A stretch of DNA of 64,000 nucleotides from Escherichia coli (GTDB taxonomy: Bacteria; Pseudomonadota; Gammaproteobacteria; Enterobacterales; Enterobacteriaceae): the NCBI RefSeq assembly GCF_017348835.2, contig NZ_CP071375.1, one strand, 5' to 3'. A program made the translations under genes and the position numbers. Within the stretch, counting starts at the first letter, position 1. Each line of letters begins with the position of its first letter. Of this stretch, positions 46,269 to 57,666 are shown one piece after another. Below the pieces are notes generated by a model that saw only the letters and a list, made by a program, of their open reading frames with translations, did no database searches and was not told the DNA's origin.

Positions 46269-47542
46269 TGCGCGGCCTCCCCGATATCAACGCCAAATTG
46301 TGCCAGCAGATATTTCTCGGCCTGTTCATTCCAGATGCCGTGCGTTTCCTCAACCAGCCGCGCCAACTCTTTAAACAGCGGATCGGTTTTGCCTTTTTCG
46401 GCAAAATCGGCAATGGCAGTGAGCGGCATGGTCACGCCGTTATAAATGAGTTTTTTACCGCCAGGGATATCCGGCAGATTGAGCACGGTTTCTGGCACCG
46501 CATCCAGGCCACCGATATGGGTCACCATAAACGACGGCTGTAACTGCCCAGTGGCGCTAAGGGCAATCGCCTCTTTCATGTCGTCCGTTGAACCGCCGGA
46601 TGTACCGACGACGTGCGTGCTGTTGTAATGAACGTTGTAGAAATTAAACGGCACTTTGAAGTTTTTATCCGTCGGCCCGGCAAAGAAGTTCAGACAGCCA
46701 TCTTCCGCCAGTAATTCATCAGCCATCTCAACGACAGCAGGCACCGCCGCATAAACAAAAATGTCATCGAACCCGGCATCTCCTGTTAGTCCCCGCAGCA
46801 TCTGTACCGGATCGCTCATCCCTTTGGTATTCACATACACCAGCTCAATGCCTTTACTGGCCGCCAGTTCCACCGGCAGCAGCTTCTGTACCTGCGCCAG
46901 ACGTTTGTCGTCGATATCGACCACCACCACCCGCGACGGTTGTATGCCGCCGTTAATGGCGTAATCGATAGCGCCAATGCCCATCGGACCTGCACACGCC
47001 AGCAGTGCAATATTGCCGCCAGGTTTGACGCCCATGCGATGCTCATAAACATATTGCGTGGTGTGATAATTGGCATGATAAGCACCAATAATGCAGCACA
47101 TAGGCTCTGCCAGCGACGCCGCAGCAAAATAAGAGCCGTGATACGGTAATACGCAGCCCAAATTAATGGCGATTTCGGGAATAATCATATAAGTGGCATT
47201 GCCGCCAAAATATTCGTAGCTGTAGCCCGCTGAATATCCGCTTGGTAACCCCATCGCCGGTTGCAATACAAAACGCTGGCCTTTTTTATATTTGCCAGTG
47301 AGATTTTTACCCACTTCGACAATAACCCCGGCACATTCATGCCCGGTAATGACCGGATGATTTTCTAAATCGTCGGGTACGCGTTTATGTTCACTACCGA
47401 GTAACGCCGCTTTCCAGGTGGATAAACAGACGCTGTCAGAAATCACACTCACCAGTAATTCATTATCGGTAATTTCTGGCAGTTCAAATTCGCGCAGACG
47501 GACATCCCGCTTGCCATAAATAGCAGCAACTTTGGTTTTCAT
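46265..47542 (-). CDS. yggP: zinc-type polyol dehydrogenase-like protein YggP
   Basis: 425 aa ORF, 4-nt overlap with yggF. Confidence 0.85.
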   Translation of the reverse strand: MKTKVAAIYGKRDVRLREFELPEITDNELLVSVISDSVCLSTWKAALLGSEHKRVPDDLENHPVITGHECAGVIVEVGKNLTGKYKKGQRFVLQPAMGLPSGYSAGYSYEYFGGNATYMIIPEIAINLGCVLPYHGSYFAAASLAEPMCCIIGAYHANYHTTQYVYEHRMGVKPGGNIALLACAGPMGIGAIDYAINGGIQPSRVVVVDIDDKRLAQVQKLLPVELAASKGIELVYVNTKGMSDPVQMLRGLTGDAGFDDIFVYAAVPAVVEMADELLAEDGCLNFFAGPTDKNFKVPFNFYNVHYNSTHVVGTSGGSTDDMKEAIALSATGQLQPSFMVTHIGGLDAVPETVLNLPDIPGGKKLIYNGVTMPLTAIADFAEKGKTDPLFKELARLVEETHGIWNEQAEKYLLAQFGVDIGEAAQ

Positions 47543-47556
47543 TTTTACCTCTGTAA

Positions 47557-48945
47557 TCAGTGTTTATGTTCGGCGGTTAATTGATTAAATAAAGTGTCGA
47601 GTTTTGGATCGCCAATATAGTTATTAATCAATATCAGTGGTTTATCCGTCACACGTTTCACGCGCCCTTCCAGACTGGCATGAGTAACGACGATATCCGC
47701 ATCCGCAGGCACGTTTTCTATGGCGTAATGTTTTACTTCAATTGCCAGCCCCGCTTTTTCCAGGCGTTTACGGAAGGTGGTCGCGCCCATCGCACTGGAG
47801 CCCATCCCCGCATCGCAAACAAAGGCGATACGCTTAACCCTGCTTAACGAGAATGCACCCTCTTGTTTCATCGCCTTAACCGCATTGGCTGACTGAGCAA
47901 ACTCATCTTCGCTCTCCGTTTCCACCGTTTTTTCCATCTTCAGTATCAGCGAAGTGATAGCAAAGGACACCAGGGTACCTACCGTAACACCGGCAATTGT
48001 CGCCAGGAACGAACATTTCGGCGTCAGCGCCAGGTAAGCAAAGATAGACCCCGGACTTGGGCCAGCCACCAGACCACCGTCCAGTAAGTTAAACATCCAG
48101 GTGCCAGACATACCGCCCGCAATCATGGCAATAATAGTCAGCGGCTTCATCAGCACATATGGGAAATACAGTTCGTGGATCCCACCGAGGAAGTGAATAA
48201 TCATCGCCCCGGGCGCAGAACGTTTACTCATCCCTTTACCAAACAAGGTAAACGCCAGCAGCAGCCCCAGGCCCGGACCTGGGTTAGAGGCCACCATAAA
48301 GAAGATGGATTTACCGTTAACCGAAGCCTGTTGCATTCCCAGCGGATAATAGACGCCCTGATCGATCGCATTATTAAGGAAAAGCACTTTCGCCGGTTCA
48401 TTGATGACTGACAGCAGAGGCAGATAACCCGCATGTACCAGCGCCTCAATACACTCTTTGACGAAAGTATTGGCAATTAACACCGCCGGGCCGATCACTT
48501 CAAAACCCAGCAGACAAAGGAGCATCCCCGCGATACCTAATGAGAAGTTATTGATAACCATCTCAAAACCGGCAGGTATGCGTTTTTCCAGTGCCTTATC
48601 AACATATTTTATGACCAGCCCACCGAGCGGCCCCATAATCATTGAGCCAAGGAACATCGGGATCTCTGCGCCGACGATCACACCAATAGTACCTATTCCG
48701 CCCATGACCGCGCCGCGTTTACCGCCGACCAGATGACCACCGGTAGAACCAATCATCACGGGCAATAAATAGGTAATCATCGGGCCGACAATTTTGGCGA
48801 AATGTTCGTTAGGCAGCCAACCGGTGGGAATAAATAACGCAGTAATAAAACCCCAGGCAATAAAAGCACCAATATTGGGGATGACCATTGCAGTCAAAAA
48901 GCCCCCAAAAGCCTGGACCTTTGCACGAGCAGACTTGTTTTCCAT
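47557..48945 (-). CDS. cmtA: cryptic mannitol-type PTS EIICB component
   Basis: 462 aa polytopic ORF with C-terminal IIB domain. Confidence 0.9.
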   Translation of the reverse strand: MENKSARAKVQAFGGFLTAMVIPNIGAFIAWGFITALFIPTGWLPNEHFAKIVGPMITYLLPVMIGSTGGHLVGGKRGAVMGGIGTIGVIVGAEIPMFLGSMIMGPLGGLVIKYVDKALEKRIPAGFEMVINNFSLGIAGMLLCLLGFEVIGPAVLIANTFVKECIEALVHAGYLPLLSVINEPAKVLFLNNAIDQGVYYPLGMQQASVNGKSIFFMVASNPGPGLGLLLAFTLFGKGMSKRSAPGAMIIHFLGGIHELYFPYVLMKPLTIIAMIAGGMSGTWMFNLLDGGLVAGPSPGSIFAYLALTPKCSFLATIAGVTVGTLVSFAITSLILKMEKTVETESEDEFAQSANAVKAMKQEGAFSLSRVKRIAFVCDAGMGSSAMGATTFRKRLEKAGLAIEVKHYAIENVPADADIVVTHASLEGRVKRVTDKPLILINNYIGDPKLDTLFNQLTAEHKH

Positions 48946-48972
48946 AATATTATCCTGTAGAGGAGAGAGTAA

Positions 48973-49416
48973 TTATCCGCGGCTGATAATGTCCGCTAAT
49001 TGTTTTTCTGATGATGCTGTTAAGAGTTGTTCGAGTATTTTTTCTTCGCACAGTAATTCACTTAACGCCTGAATAGCGCCAATGTGCGAATCGGCATCGG
49101 CAGCAGAGAGTCCGATGAGTAATTTAATTGGTTCGTCATTCCCCGGAAAATAAACACCTTGTTCAAGTAATGTCAAAGACATCCCGGTTTTAAGCGCCCC
49201 ACATTCCGGTCGCGCATGAGGCATTGCCACGCCTGGTGCGAGAATATAATAAGGGCCATTGTTAATGGTGGAATCTTTAATTGCCTGAATGTAATTCTCG
49301 CTGATATAGTTTTTATCCAGCAATGATACCATCGAGAAATCGATAGCTTCCTGCCAATCTTTTGCTGAATGTATAACTGAGATTGATGATTGTGGAAAAT
49401 AATCACTAAGCCGCAT
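48973..49416 (-). CDS. cmtB: cryptic mannitol-type PTS EIIA component
   Basis: 147 aa ORF. Confidence 0.9.
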   Translation of the reverse strand: MRLSDYFPQSSISVIHSAKDWQEAIDFSMVSLLDKNYISENYIQAIKDSTINNGPYYILAPGVAMPHARPECGALKTGMSLTLLEQGVYFPGNDEPIKLLIGLSAADADSHIGAIQALSELLCEEKILEQLLTASSEKQLADIISRG

Positions 49417-49687
49417 AAATTATCCTTATTTTATTTTTAGGGTACCGTCCGGCGGTAAAAATAAAATACTCGTGCGGTTTAATGAAAGCAATTGAGCAGG
49501 GAAACCGGTGTTTTGAAAACAGTGAATTATTAATTTCTTATATAACATTGAGTTATAGATATAACAACAAATGTCAACACGCATATCGTGATGCATATTA
49601 CATAATTGATATTTATTGCATATAAATATTTGTGATCTACAACACGCTTTATCTATTGCTTGTCCGAAAACGGACATGTCAAGGTAA

Positions 49688-49717
49688 TAAAAAAGGTCGC
49701 CGAAGCGACCTTTTTAC
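49688..49717. terminator. bidirectional terminator hairpin downstream of tktA
   Basis: aaaaaggtcgccgaagcgaccttttt, perfect stem flanked by A and T runs. Confidence 0.65.
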
Positions 49718-49729
49718 CCAAAATGCTAA

Positions 49730-51721
49730 TTACAGCAGTTCTTTTGCTTTCGCAACAACGTTGTCAACGGTGAAGCCGAACTCTTCAAAGAGTTGCTCTG
49801 CCGGAGCAGATTCACCGAAGGTGGTCATACCGACGATAGCACCGTTCAGGCCAACATACTTGTACCAGTAGTCAGCAATACCCGCTTCCACCGCAACGCG
49901 TGCAGTAACCGCTTTCGGCAGGACAGACTCACGGTAAGCCGCGTCCTGCTTGTCGAATGCGTCGGTAGACGGCATGGAAACCACGCGCGCTTTCACGCCT
50001 TCGGCAGTCAGTTTTTCGTATGCAGCGACAGCCAGTTCAACTTCAGAACCAGTAGCGATGAAGATCAGTTCCGGCTGGCCGGCACAGTCTTTCAGCACAT
50101 AACCACCGCGCGCGATGTTTGCCAGTTGCTCTTCAGTACGCTCCTGCTGCGCCAGGTTCTGACGGGAGAGGATCAGCGCGGTCGGACCGTCCTGACGCTC
50201 AACACCGTATTTCCACGCTACTGCGGATTCAACCTGGTCACACGGACGCCATGTCGACATGTTCGGGGTCACGCGCAGAGAAGCCACTTGCTCTACCGGC
50301 TGGTGAGTCGGGCCATCTTCGCCCAGACCGATGGAGTCGTGGGTGTAAACCATCACCTGACGTTGTTTCATCAGCGCAGCCATACGTACGGCGTTACGTG
50401 CGTATTCCACAAACATCAGGAAGGTGGAGGTGTACGGCAGGAAACCACCGTGCAGGGAGATACCGTTAGCAATCGCGGTCATACCGAACTCGCGAACACC
50501 GTAATGGATGTAGTTACCCGCAGCATCTTCGTTGATTGCTTTAGAACCAGACCACAGAGTCAGGTTAGACGGTGCCAGGTCAGCAGAGCCGCCGAGGAAT
50601 TCCGGCAACAGCGGGCCGAACGCTTCAATAGCATTCTGAGACGCTTTACGGCTGGCGATTTTCGCCGGATTAGCCTGCAGTTTAGCAATGAACTCTTTCG
50701 CTTTCGCGTCGAAATCAGACGGCATTTCGCCTTTCATACGGCGGGTAAATTCAGCGGCTTCCTGCGGATAAGCTTTGGCGTAAGCAGCGAATTTCTCGTT
50801 CCATGCGGATTCTTTCGCCTGGCCTGCTTCTTTCGCATCCCACTGCGCATAGATTTCAGACGGGATTTCGAACGGCGCGTATTTCCAGCCCAGCTGTTCG
50901 CGGGTCAGGGCAATTTCAGCGTCGCCCAGCGGCGCACCGTGGGAGTCGTGGGTACCGGCTTTGTTCGGGGAACCGAAACCGATGATGGTTTTGCACATCA
51001 GCAGGGACGGTTTGTCAGTCACTGCACGCGCTTCTTCAACTGCGCGTTTGATAGATGTCGCGTCATGGCCGTCGATGTCGCGAATAACGTGCCAGCCGTA
51101 AGCCTCGAAACGCATTGCGGTGTCGTCGGTGAACCAGCCTTCAACGTGACCATCGATAGAAATACCGTTGTCATCGTAGAATGCAATCAGTTTACCCAGC
51201 TTCAGCGTACCCGCCAGAGAGCAAACTTCGTGGGAGATGCCTTCCATCATGCAGCCGTCGCCCATGAAGGCGTAGGTGTAGTGGTCGACAATGTCGTGGC
51301 CCGGACGGTTAAACTGCGCCGCCAGCGTTTTTTCTGCAATCGCCATACCGACTGCGTTGGCAATACCCTGACCCAGCGGACCGGTGGTGGTTTCCACACC
51401 AGCGGTGTAACCCACTTCCGGGTGGCCCGGAGTTTTAGAGTGCAGCTGACGGAAGTTTTTCAGTTCTTCCATCGGCAGATCGTAACCGGTGAGGTGCAGC
51501 AGGCTGTAGATCAGCATGGAGCCGTGGCCGTTGGACAGCACGAAGCGGTCACGGTCAGCCCAGGACGGATTCTGCGGGTTGTGTTTCAGGAAATCACGCC
51601 ACAGGACTTCGGCAATGTCAGCCATACCCATAGGGGCACCCGGATGACCGGATTTGGCTTTCTGTACTGCGTCCATGCTCAGCGCACGAATAGCATTGGC
51701 AAGCTCTTTACGTGAGGACAT
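49730..51721 (-). CDS. tktA: transketolase 1
   Basis: 663 aa from ATG 51721 ([20 protein letters not shown]...). Confidence 0.95.
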   Translation of the reverse strand: MSSRKELANAIRALSMDAVQKAKSGHPGAPMGMADIAEVLWRDFLKHNPQNPSWADRDRFVLSNGHGSMLIYSLLHLTGYDLPMEELKNFRQLHSKTPGHPEVGYTAGVETTTGPLGQGIANAVGMAIAEKTLAAQFNRPGHDIVDHYTYAFMGDGCMMEGISHEVCSLAGTLKLGKLIAFYDDNGISIDGHVEGWFTDDTAMRFEAYGWHVIRDIDGHDATSIKRAVEEARAVTDKPSLLMCKTIIGFGSPNKAGTHDSHGAPLGDAEIALTREQLGWKYAPFEIPSEIYAQWDAKEAGQAKESAWNEKFAAYAKAYPQEAAEFTRRMKGEMPSDFDAKAKEFIAKLQANPAKIASRKASQNAIEAFGPLLPEFLGGSADLAPSNLTLWSGSKAINEDAAGNYIHYGVREFGMTAIANGISLHGGFLPYTSTFLMFVEYARNAVRMAALMKQRQVMVYTHDSIGLGEDGPTHQPVEQVASLRVTPNMSTWRPCDQVESAVAWKYGVERQDGPTALILSRQNLAQQERTEEQLANIARGGYVLKDCAGQPELIFIATGSEVELAVAAYEKLTAEGVKARVVSMPSTDAFDKQDAAYRESVLPKAVTARVAVEAGIADYWYKYVGLNGAIVGMTTFGESAPAEQLFEEFGFTVDNVVAKAKELL

Positions 51722-51998
51722 TTTGACTCCAGATCGGATGATGAAGGGCACGCCCTTAACGACTTGACGACAGCGCGTTTTGGGCTACGCCGGAAAATTT
51801 GCCAACAATTTACCGCAAGCCGCGCGTCATGTACATGGAACATCCTTTTGCCGCTTCAGAAATCTCTGGATCATGCTCGCATGTTGCGCAATCTACTCGC
51901 CCGTCCGCTGCGCTTTTCCTTATACTGAGACTGAGCGTCGGTTCACCTGCAAACGGCGCATTTTTAGAATAATCCTGACCTTGTGCGGAAGAAAAAAC

Positions 51999-52757
51999 AT
52001 GAAAATTCGCGCCTTATTGGTAGCAATGAGCGTGGCAACGGTACTGACTGGTTGCCAGAATATGGACTCCAACGGACTGCTCTCATCAGGAGCGGAAGCT
52101 TTTCAGGCTTACAGTTTGAGTGATGCGCAGGTGAAAACCCTGAGCGATCAGGCATGTCAGGAGATGGACAGCAAGGCGACGATTGCGCCAGCCAATAGCG
52201 AATACGCTAAACGTCTGACAACTATTGCCAATGCGCTAGGCAACAATATCAACGGTCAGCCGGTGAATTACAAAGTGTATATGGCGAAGGATGTGAACGC
52301 CTTTGCAATGGCTAACGGCTGTATCCGCGTCTATAGCGGGCTGATGGATATGATGACGGATAACGAAGTCGAAGCGGTGATCGGTCACGAAATGGGGCAC
52401 GTGGCGTTAGGCCATGTGAAGAAAGGGATGCAGGTGGCACTTGGTACAAATGCCGTGCGAGTAGCTGCGGCCTCTGCGGGCGGGATTGTCGGAAGTTTAT
52501 CTCAATCACAACTTGGTGATCTGGGCGAGAAATTAGTCAATTCGCAATTCTCCCAGCGCCAGGAAGCAGAAGCCGATGATTATTCTTACGATCTTCTGCG
52601 CCAACGCGGCATCAGTCCGGCAGGTCTTGCCACCAGCTTTGAAAAACTGGCAAAACTGGAAGAAGGTCGCCAAAGCTCAATGTTTGACGACCATCCAGCA
52701 TCCGCCGAACGCGCCCAGCATATTCGCGATCGCATGAGCGCGGATGGGATTAAGTAA
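51999..52757 (+). CDS. loiP: outer-membrane metalloprotease LoiP (YggG)
   Basis: 252 aa from ATG 51999 (MKIRALLVAMSVATVLTGC lipobox, HEMGH zinc motif); ORF track start 51780 is an artefactual extension. Confidence 0.9.
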   Translation: MKIRALLVAMSVATVLTGCQNMDSNGLLSSGAEAFQAYSLSDAQVKTLSDQACQEMDSKATIAPANSEYAKRLTTIANALGNNINGQPVNYKVYMAKDVNAFAMANGCIRVYSGLMDMMTDNEVEAVIGHEMGHVALGHVKKGMQVALGTNAVRVAAASAGGIVGSLSQSQLGDLGEKLVNSQFSQRQEAEADDYSYDLLRQRGISPAGLATSFEKLAKLEEGRQSSMFDDHPASAERAQHIRDRMSADGIK

Positions 52758-52764
52758 AGCCTGG

Positions 52765-52960
<196 letters not shown>

Positions 52961-52962
52961 GC

Positions 52963-53883
52963 TTACTCGCCCTTTTTCGCCGCCTGAATATACAGCATCT
53001 CCAACGCCAGCGTCGCTGCTGCCAGAGCGGTGATTTCCGACTGATCGTATGCCGGAGCCACTTCCACTACGTCCATCCCAACGATGTTGAGATCTTTCAG
53101 GCCGCGTACCAGTTTAATGGCGCGATCGGAGGTCAGACCGCCAATTACCGGCGTACCGGTTCCCGGCGCAAATGCAGGATCCAGGCAGTCGATATCAAAG
53201 GTCAGGTAAACCGGCATATCACCCACAATTTGTTTCACCTGGGCGATAACGTCATCCACGCTGCGATCGTTCACCTGGCAGGCGTCCAGCACGGTAAAGC
53301 CGTTGTCTTTATCAAATTCGGTACGAATACCAATCTGCACGGAATGATTCGGGTCGATCAGACCTTCTTTCGGCGCGGTATAGAACATGGTGCCGTGGTC
53401 AAATTCACAACCGTTAGCGTAGGTATCGGTGTGGGCATCAAAGTGTACCAGCGCCATTTTGCCGAAATGCTTCGCATGTGCACGCAGCAGCGGCAACGTA
53501 ACAAAGTGGTCACCACCGAAGGAGAGCATACGCTTACCGGCAGCCAGCAGCTTCTCGGCGTGTGCCTGCAGTTTTTCGCTCATCTCACGGGCATCGCCGA
53601 AGGCATATACCAGATCGCCGCAGTCCACCACGTTCAGACGCTCGCGCATGTCGAAATTCCACGGGAAGCGGTTGTGTTCCCAGGCCAGGTTAGTCGAAAC
53701 CTGGCGAATCGCCGCCGGGCCGTGACGACCACCGGCACGGCCAGAGGTGGCCATGTCGAACGGCACGCCGGTGATCACCCAGTCGGCATCGCTGTCATAC
53801 GGCTGGAAGTTCATCGGCAGGCGTAAAAAACCAAAGGCGTTGGAAACCAGTGAGTTATCGTATTGATGACCTAAGGTGCTCAT
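52963..53883 (-). CDS. speB: agmatinase
   Basis: 306 aa ORF. Confidence 0.95.
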   Translation of the reverse strand: MSTLGHQYDNSLVSNAFGFLRLPMNFQPYDSDADWVITGVPFDMATSGRAGGRHGPAAIRQVSTNLAWEHNRFPWNFDMRERLNVVDCGDLVYAFGDAREMSEKLQAHAEKLLAAGKRMLSFGGDHFVTLPLLRAHAKHFGKMALVHFDAHTDTYANGCEFDHGTMFYTAPKEGLIDPNHSVQIGIRTEFDKDNGFTVLDACQVNDRSVDDVIAQVKQIVGDMPVYLTFDIDCLDPAFAPGTGTPVIGGLTSDRAIKLVRGLKDLNIVGMDVVEVAPAYDQSEITALAAATLALEMLYIQAAKKGE

Positions 53884-53910
53884 GGATGGACTCCTATTAC
53901 AAAGTCGATA

Positions 53911-53951
53911 TAAAAAAACCCTTCCGCGTCGTTAGGCCCGACGAGGAAGGG
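53911..53951 (-). terminator. rho-independent terminator downstream of the lipoprotein gene
   Basis: Minus strand hairpin cccttcctcgtcgggcctaacgacgcggaaggg followed by a 7-T run. Confidence 0.55.
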
Positions 53952-54018
53952 TTGGATTTGCGAAACACAAGTTTGTGCTAATTATCGCCTTAAATGGGCG
54001 AGGCATCAAGCGAGGTTG

Positions 54019-54750
54019 CTATTTCCGACACGGTGGCGGCGCATAGCCATTGTTGTCCGCCGGAAACGCTTGTCCAGAGCACGGCGGCAGCGCGTTTTGC
54101 GCCTGGCCTTGTAATTCAAAGGCGGCAAAGCCGATTACACCGGTATTACGCACATCGCCTTGCGCCGAATTGGCTGCGTAGGAATCAGCAACGTTGGCGA
54201 ACTGAAAAGCCGCTTCGGTATGTTTATCTTTGCGGAATCCTTTAATCGCTAACGAATCTCCGGCATTCACAATATAGCCGTTGTTATTCAGCGAACCTTG
54301 CTTGCCGTTCAGCACATCCAGGCCATCAACCGTAGCAACGATCTCGTAGTTGGTGTTACGACTGTAATTACGAACATATAATTGATAATTCATTCCGACT
54401 CTGGCATGGACAATATAGCGTGGTTCATTATTTGATGAATCATAAACCCGCGTAATAGGTAGAGAATTAAAATTACCATCGCGAATAGCATATTCCAGTT
54501 CGTTAATACGAATGCTATAAACGCGGTCGTAGCCGGAAGGAACATTAGTCGAATAACTAATAACGATCATCTCTGCAGGATCGCGCCAGGCTCGTTCAGC
54601 AGATACGCCCTGAACCGATGAGTGCACATCCCCACCCCAGGCGGTGCCGACATTGCCCGATGCACTGCTATTATACTGCGCATTACTGGAACAACCGGCC
54701 AGCAGCACGACTAATGCTATCAACGCGCTACGTACTTTCCATTTTTTCAT
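54019..54750 (-). CDS. lipoprotein of unknown function (not in K-12 at this site as far as I recall)
   Basis: 243 aa; signal peptide with lipobox LLAGC; Asn/Tyr/Ser-rich mature domain, Pro/Cys-rich tail PPCSGQAFPADNNGYAPPPCRK. Confidence 0.6.
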   Translation of the reverse strand: MKKWKVRSALIALVVLLAGCSSNAQYNSSASGNVGTAWGGDVHSSVQGVSAERAWRDPAEMIVISYSTNVPSGYDRVYSIRINELEYAIRDGNFNSLPITRVYDSSNNEPRYIVHARVGMNYQLYVRNYSRNTNYEIVATVDGLDVLNGKQGSLNNNGYIVNAGDSLAIKGFRKDKHTEAAFQFANVADSYAANSAQGDVRNTGVIGFAAFELQGQAQNALPPCSGQAFPADNNGYAPPPCRK

Positions 54751-54834
54751 AACCGTTCCCTCTGCATTTAATTAATGCAGCGATTGTAGGGAGATTATTT
54801 AATAAGAAAAGCAGCTAGATTATTTTTAAGAATA

Positions 54835-54878
54835 TATAAAAAGAAAGCGGGCCGATTTACGTAAATAAATCGACCCGC
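54835..54878 (-). terminator. speA terminator hairpin
   Basis: gcgggccgattt...aaatcgacccgc imperfect palindrome just past the speA stop, T-rich tail on the minus strand. Confidence 0.45.
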
Positions 54879-54895
54879 CAGCAGAATAATCTCAA

Positions 54896-56872
54896 TTATT
54901 CATCTTCAAGATAGGTATAACCGTACAAACCTGCCTCGAACTCTTCAAGGAACTGTTGTTGCAGTTCAGCATCAAGATCGGTTTTCTTCACTTGATCACG
55001 GAACTGAGTTAACAGCGTTTTCGGATCGAGCTGTACATATTGCAGCATGTCCGCCACGGTATCGCCTTCGTCAGACAGTTCCACTTCTACACTACCGTCA
55101 GGGAAGACGAACACGTCAACCGCTTCGGTATCACCGAACAGGTTGTGCATGTTGCCGAGGATCTCCTGATATGCGCCGACCATAAAGAAACCGAGCATCG
55201 GCGGATTCTCTGGATCGTACTCCGGCATAGGCATTGTCGTGGCAATACCATCACCATCGATATAGTGGTCGATAGCACCGTCGGAGTCACAGGTAATATC
55301 CAGCAGCACAGCGCGGCGTTCCGGCACTTGATCTAACCCTTCCAGCGGCAGAACCGGGAACAACTGGTCGATCCCCCACGCATCCGGCATCGACTGGAAC
55401 AGCGAGAAGTTGACGTACATTTTGTCCGCCATACGTTCCTGCAGCTCGTCGATAATCGGACGATGAGCACGGTTTTGCGGATCCAGCTGCTTTTGCACTT
55501 CATGGCACATGCTCAAATAAAGCTGCTCAGCCCATGCGCGTTCTTGCAGGCTAAAGATGCCGGAAGAGTAGCCGATATGAATGTCGTGCAGATCCATCTG
55601 ACTGTCGTGTAACCATTCACGCAGAGAACGGCGAGTTCCCGGTTCGTGCATCTCCTGCCAGGTTTCCCACATGCTTTGCAGCGCGCGCGGCGCATCTTCT
55701 GCAGGCGCGGTCGGCACCGTGTATTCGTTACGTTCCACGCCGATGATATTAGACACCAGCACGGTGTGATGCGCAGTCACTGCACGACCCGATTCAGTGA
55801 TTACCGTCGGATGCGGCAGACCGTTTTCTTCACACGCATCACCAATCGCCCAGATGATGTTGTTGGCATATTCATTGAGGCCGTAGTTCACCGAACAGTC
55901 GGACTGCGAACGAGTACCTTCATAATCCACGCCCAGACCGCCGCCGACGTCGAAGCACTGAATATTGACGCCCAGCTTGTGCAGTTCCACATAGAAACGC
56001 GCCGATTCACGAACGCCCGTGGCGATATCGCGAATATTCGCCATCTGCGAACCGAGGTGGAAGTGCAGTAGTTGCAGGCTGTCGAGACGCCCGGCTTCAC
56101 GCAGGGTTTCAACCAGTTGCAGTACCTGAGTCGCAGCCAGGCCGAACTTCGATTTTTCCCCGCCGGAGGACTGCCATTTACCCGAGCCCTGCGAAGCCAG
56201 ACGTGCACGCACGCCCAGACGAGGAACGACATTCAGACGTTCTGCTTCATCCAGCACAATGGCGATTTCTGACATCTTTTCAATGACCAGATAGACCTTG
56301 TGGCCCATCTTCTCGCCAATTAATGCCAGGCGGATATATTCGCGGTCTTTATAACCGTTGCAGACGATGACGCTACGGGTCATGCCAGCATGTGCCAGCA
56401 CTGCCATCAACTCGGCTTTGGAACCGGCTTCCAGACCCAGCGGTTCGCCCGAATGAATCAGGGACTCAATCACGCGACGGTGCTGGTTAACTTTGATCGG
56501 ATAAACAAGGAAGTAATCGCCGTTATAGCCGTAGGATTCCCGCGCACGTTTGAACGCGGCGTTAATGGAACGCAAACGGTGCTGCAGGATCTGTGGGAAA
56601 CAGAACAGTGCAGGCAGACGCTGACCCTGTGCTTCACGAGTTTTCACTAACTGCGCGAGATCGACGCGAGCTTCCGGGACGTCCGGGTCCGGGCACACGC
56701 TGATGTGGCCCAGCTCGTTAACGTCATAGTAGTTATTGCCCCACCAGGCAATATTGTAAGTACGCAGCATCTTGCTGGCTTCCTGGGAGCTCATTGCAAC
56801 CTCCTGCATGGAGCGTAGTACACCGTGTTCGCCCGCTGACGAAGGCAAACCCATAGACATGTCGTCAGACAT
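54896..56872 (-). CDS. speA: biosynthetic arginine decarboxylase
   Basis: 658 aa from ATG 56872 ([45 protein letters not shown]...). Confidence 0.95.
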   Translation of the reverse strand: MSDDMSMGLPSSAGEHGVLRSMQEVAMSSQEASKMLRTYNIAWWGNNYYDVNELGHISVCPDPDVPEARVDLAQLVKTREAQGQRLPALFCFPQILQHRLRSINAAFKRARESYGYNGDYFLVYPIKVNQHRRVIESLIHSGEPLGLEAGSKAELMAVLAHAGMTRSVIVCNGYKDREYIRLALIGEKMGHKVYLVIEKMSEIAIVLDEAERLNVVPRLGVRARLASQGSGKWQSSGGEKSKFGLAATQVLQLVETLREAGRLDSLQLLHFHLGSQMANIRDIATGVRESARFYVELHKLGVNIQCFDVGGGLGVDYEGTRSQSDCSVNYGLNEYANNIIWAIGDACEENGLPHPTVITESGRAVTAHHTVLVSNIIGVERNEYTVPTAPAEDAPRALQSMWETWQEMHEPGTRRSLREWLHDSQMDLHDIHIGYSSGIFSLQERAWAEQLYLSMCHEVQKQLDPQNRAHRPIIDELQERMADKMYVNFSLFQSMPDAWGIDQLFPVLPLEGLDQVPERRAVLLDITCDSDGAIDHYIDGDGIATTMPMPEYDPENPPMLGFFMVGAYQEILGNMHNLFGDTEAVDVFVFPDGSVEVELSDEGDTVADMLQYVQLDPKTLLTQFRDQVKKTDLDAELQQQFLEEFEAGLYGYTYLEDE

Positions 56873-56907
56873 AGCGAACCTCAAATTATTTTATTAAGTG
56901 TAAAACA

Positions 56908-57012
56908 GTTAACGACTATCGCAGCCTGGAACTGCGATAACAACCCATAAGCACATGGATTTTCCAGCAGTGAATGCTGACGCTCCAACTGCGCAACCGG
57001 TTTCTTTTTCAT
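56908..57012 (-). CDS. yqgB: small ORF at the yqgB position (34 codons as read here)
   Basis: ATG 57012 then MKKKPVAQLERQHSLLENPCAYGLVIAVPGCDSR*; below ORF-track cutoff; length differs from the 43 aa I recall for YqgB. Confidence 0.35.
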
Positions 57013-57147
57013 AACATTATTAAGCACATAACCGAACGTAAGTGTGACAGTTCGGCGAAACCACGAGAAAACTCTTGTTTTTACAAGAGCGCCCTTGTTC
57101 AGTCCTCAGTAACTGTAACCAGCTCTTGAATCCTGAGAAGCGCCGAG

Positions 57148-57363
57148 ATGGGTATAACATCGGCAGGTATGCAAAGCAGAGATGCAGAGTGCGGGGAACG
57201 AATCTTCACCAGAACGGTGAGACAGGTTAAGCAGCAGACAACGGTTCATTATTTCGTATCACCTCCACGGCCGCCTGTTAAGACGAACCCACAAGCCAAA
57301 ACTCTGATTTCAACCCGGCTGGAAGTGGCAACACGAAAGAAACGTCGTGTGCTTTTTATTTAA
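57148..57363 (+). CDS. yqgC: small ORF at the yqgC position (71 aa, doubtful gene)
   Basis: 71 aa ORF in the metK upstream region; K-12 annotates a 71-aa yqgC here as far as I recall. Confidence 0.3.
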
Positions 57364-57626
57364 GCCGCGCGCCGCGTTTTATACCCCACAATGGCAGAAA
57401 ATTGCAAAAGATAAATACGCAGAATGCCGGCATTGTCAGGAAAAATTTCCAGCCACGTTTTTAACAGAATGAGACACGATTCAAAAAAAAGTGGAAATCG
57501 GGTTAAGAATTGACCTAAAATAGCCATCCAGATGTTAATCCATCCATACCGATTAACACTCAGACTGCCAGTGTTTTTAACCTGCAGAGTCGTGGTAGGA
57601 TCCGCTACCACAGAAAATCCACACAA
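57360..57626 (-). CDS. yqgD: small ORF at the yqgD position (doubtful gene)
   Basis: 88 aa ORF antisense to the metK leader. Confidence 0.25.
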
Positions 57627-57666
57627 CAGTTTGAGCTAACCAAATTCTCTTTAGGTGATATTAAAT

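Noticed and set aside
49793-51715. 640-aa plus-strand ORF
   Set aside because: Lies entirely antisense to tktA, whose product matches transketolase over its full length; long stop-free antisense frames are common in highly expressed, codon-biased genes.
51780-51998. N-terminal extension of the loiP ORF (325 aa in track)
   Set aside because: The lipoprotein signal peptide starts at ATG 51999; the upstream 73 codons overlap the tktA promoter region.
57363-57666. MetJ boxes in the metK leader
   Set aside because: Only weak matches to AGACGTCT (for example agatgtta) were seen; not confident enough to annotate without a matrix scan.
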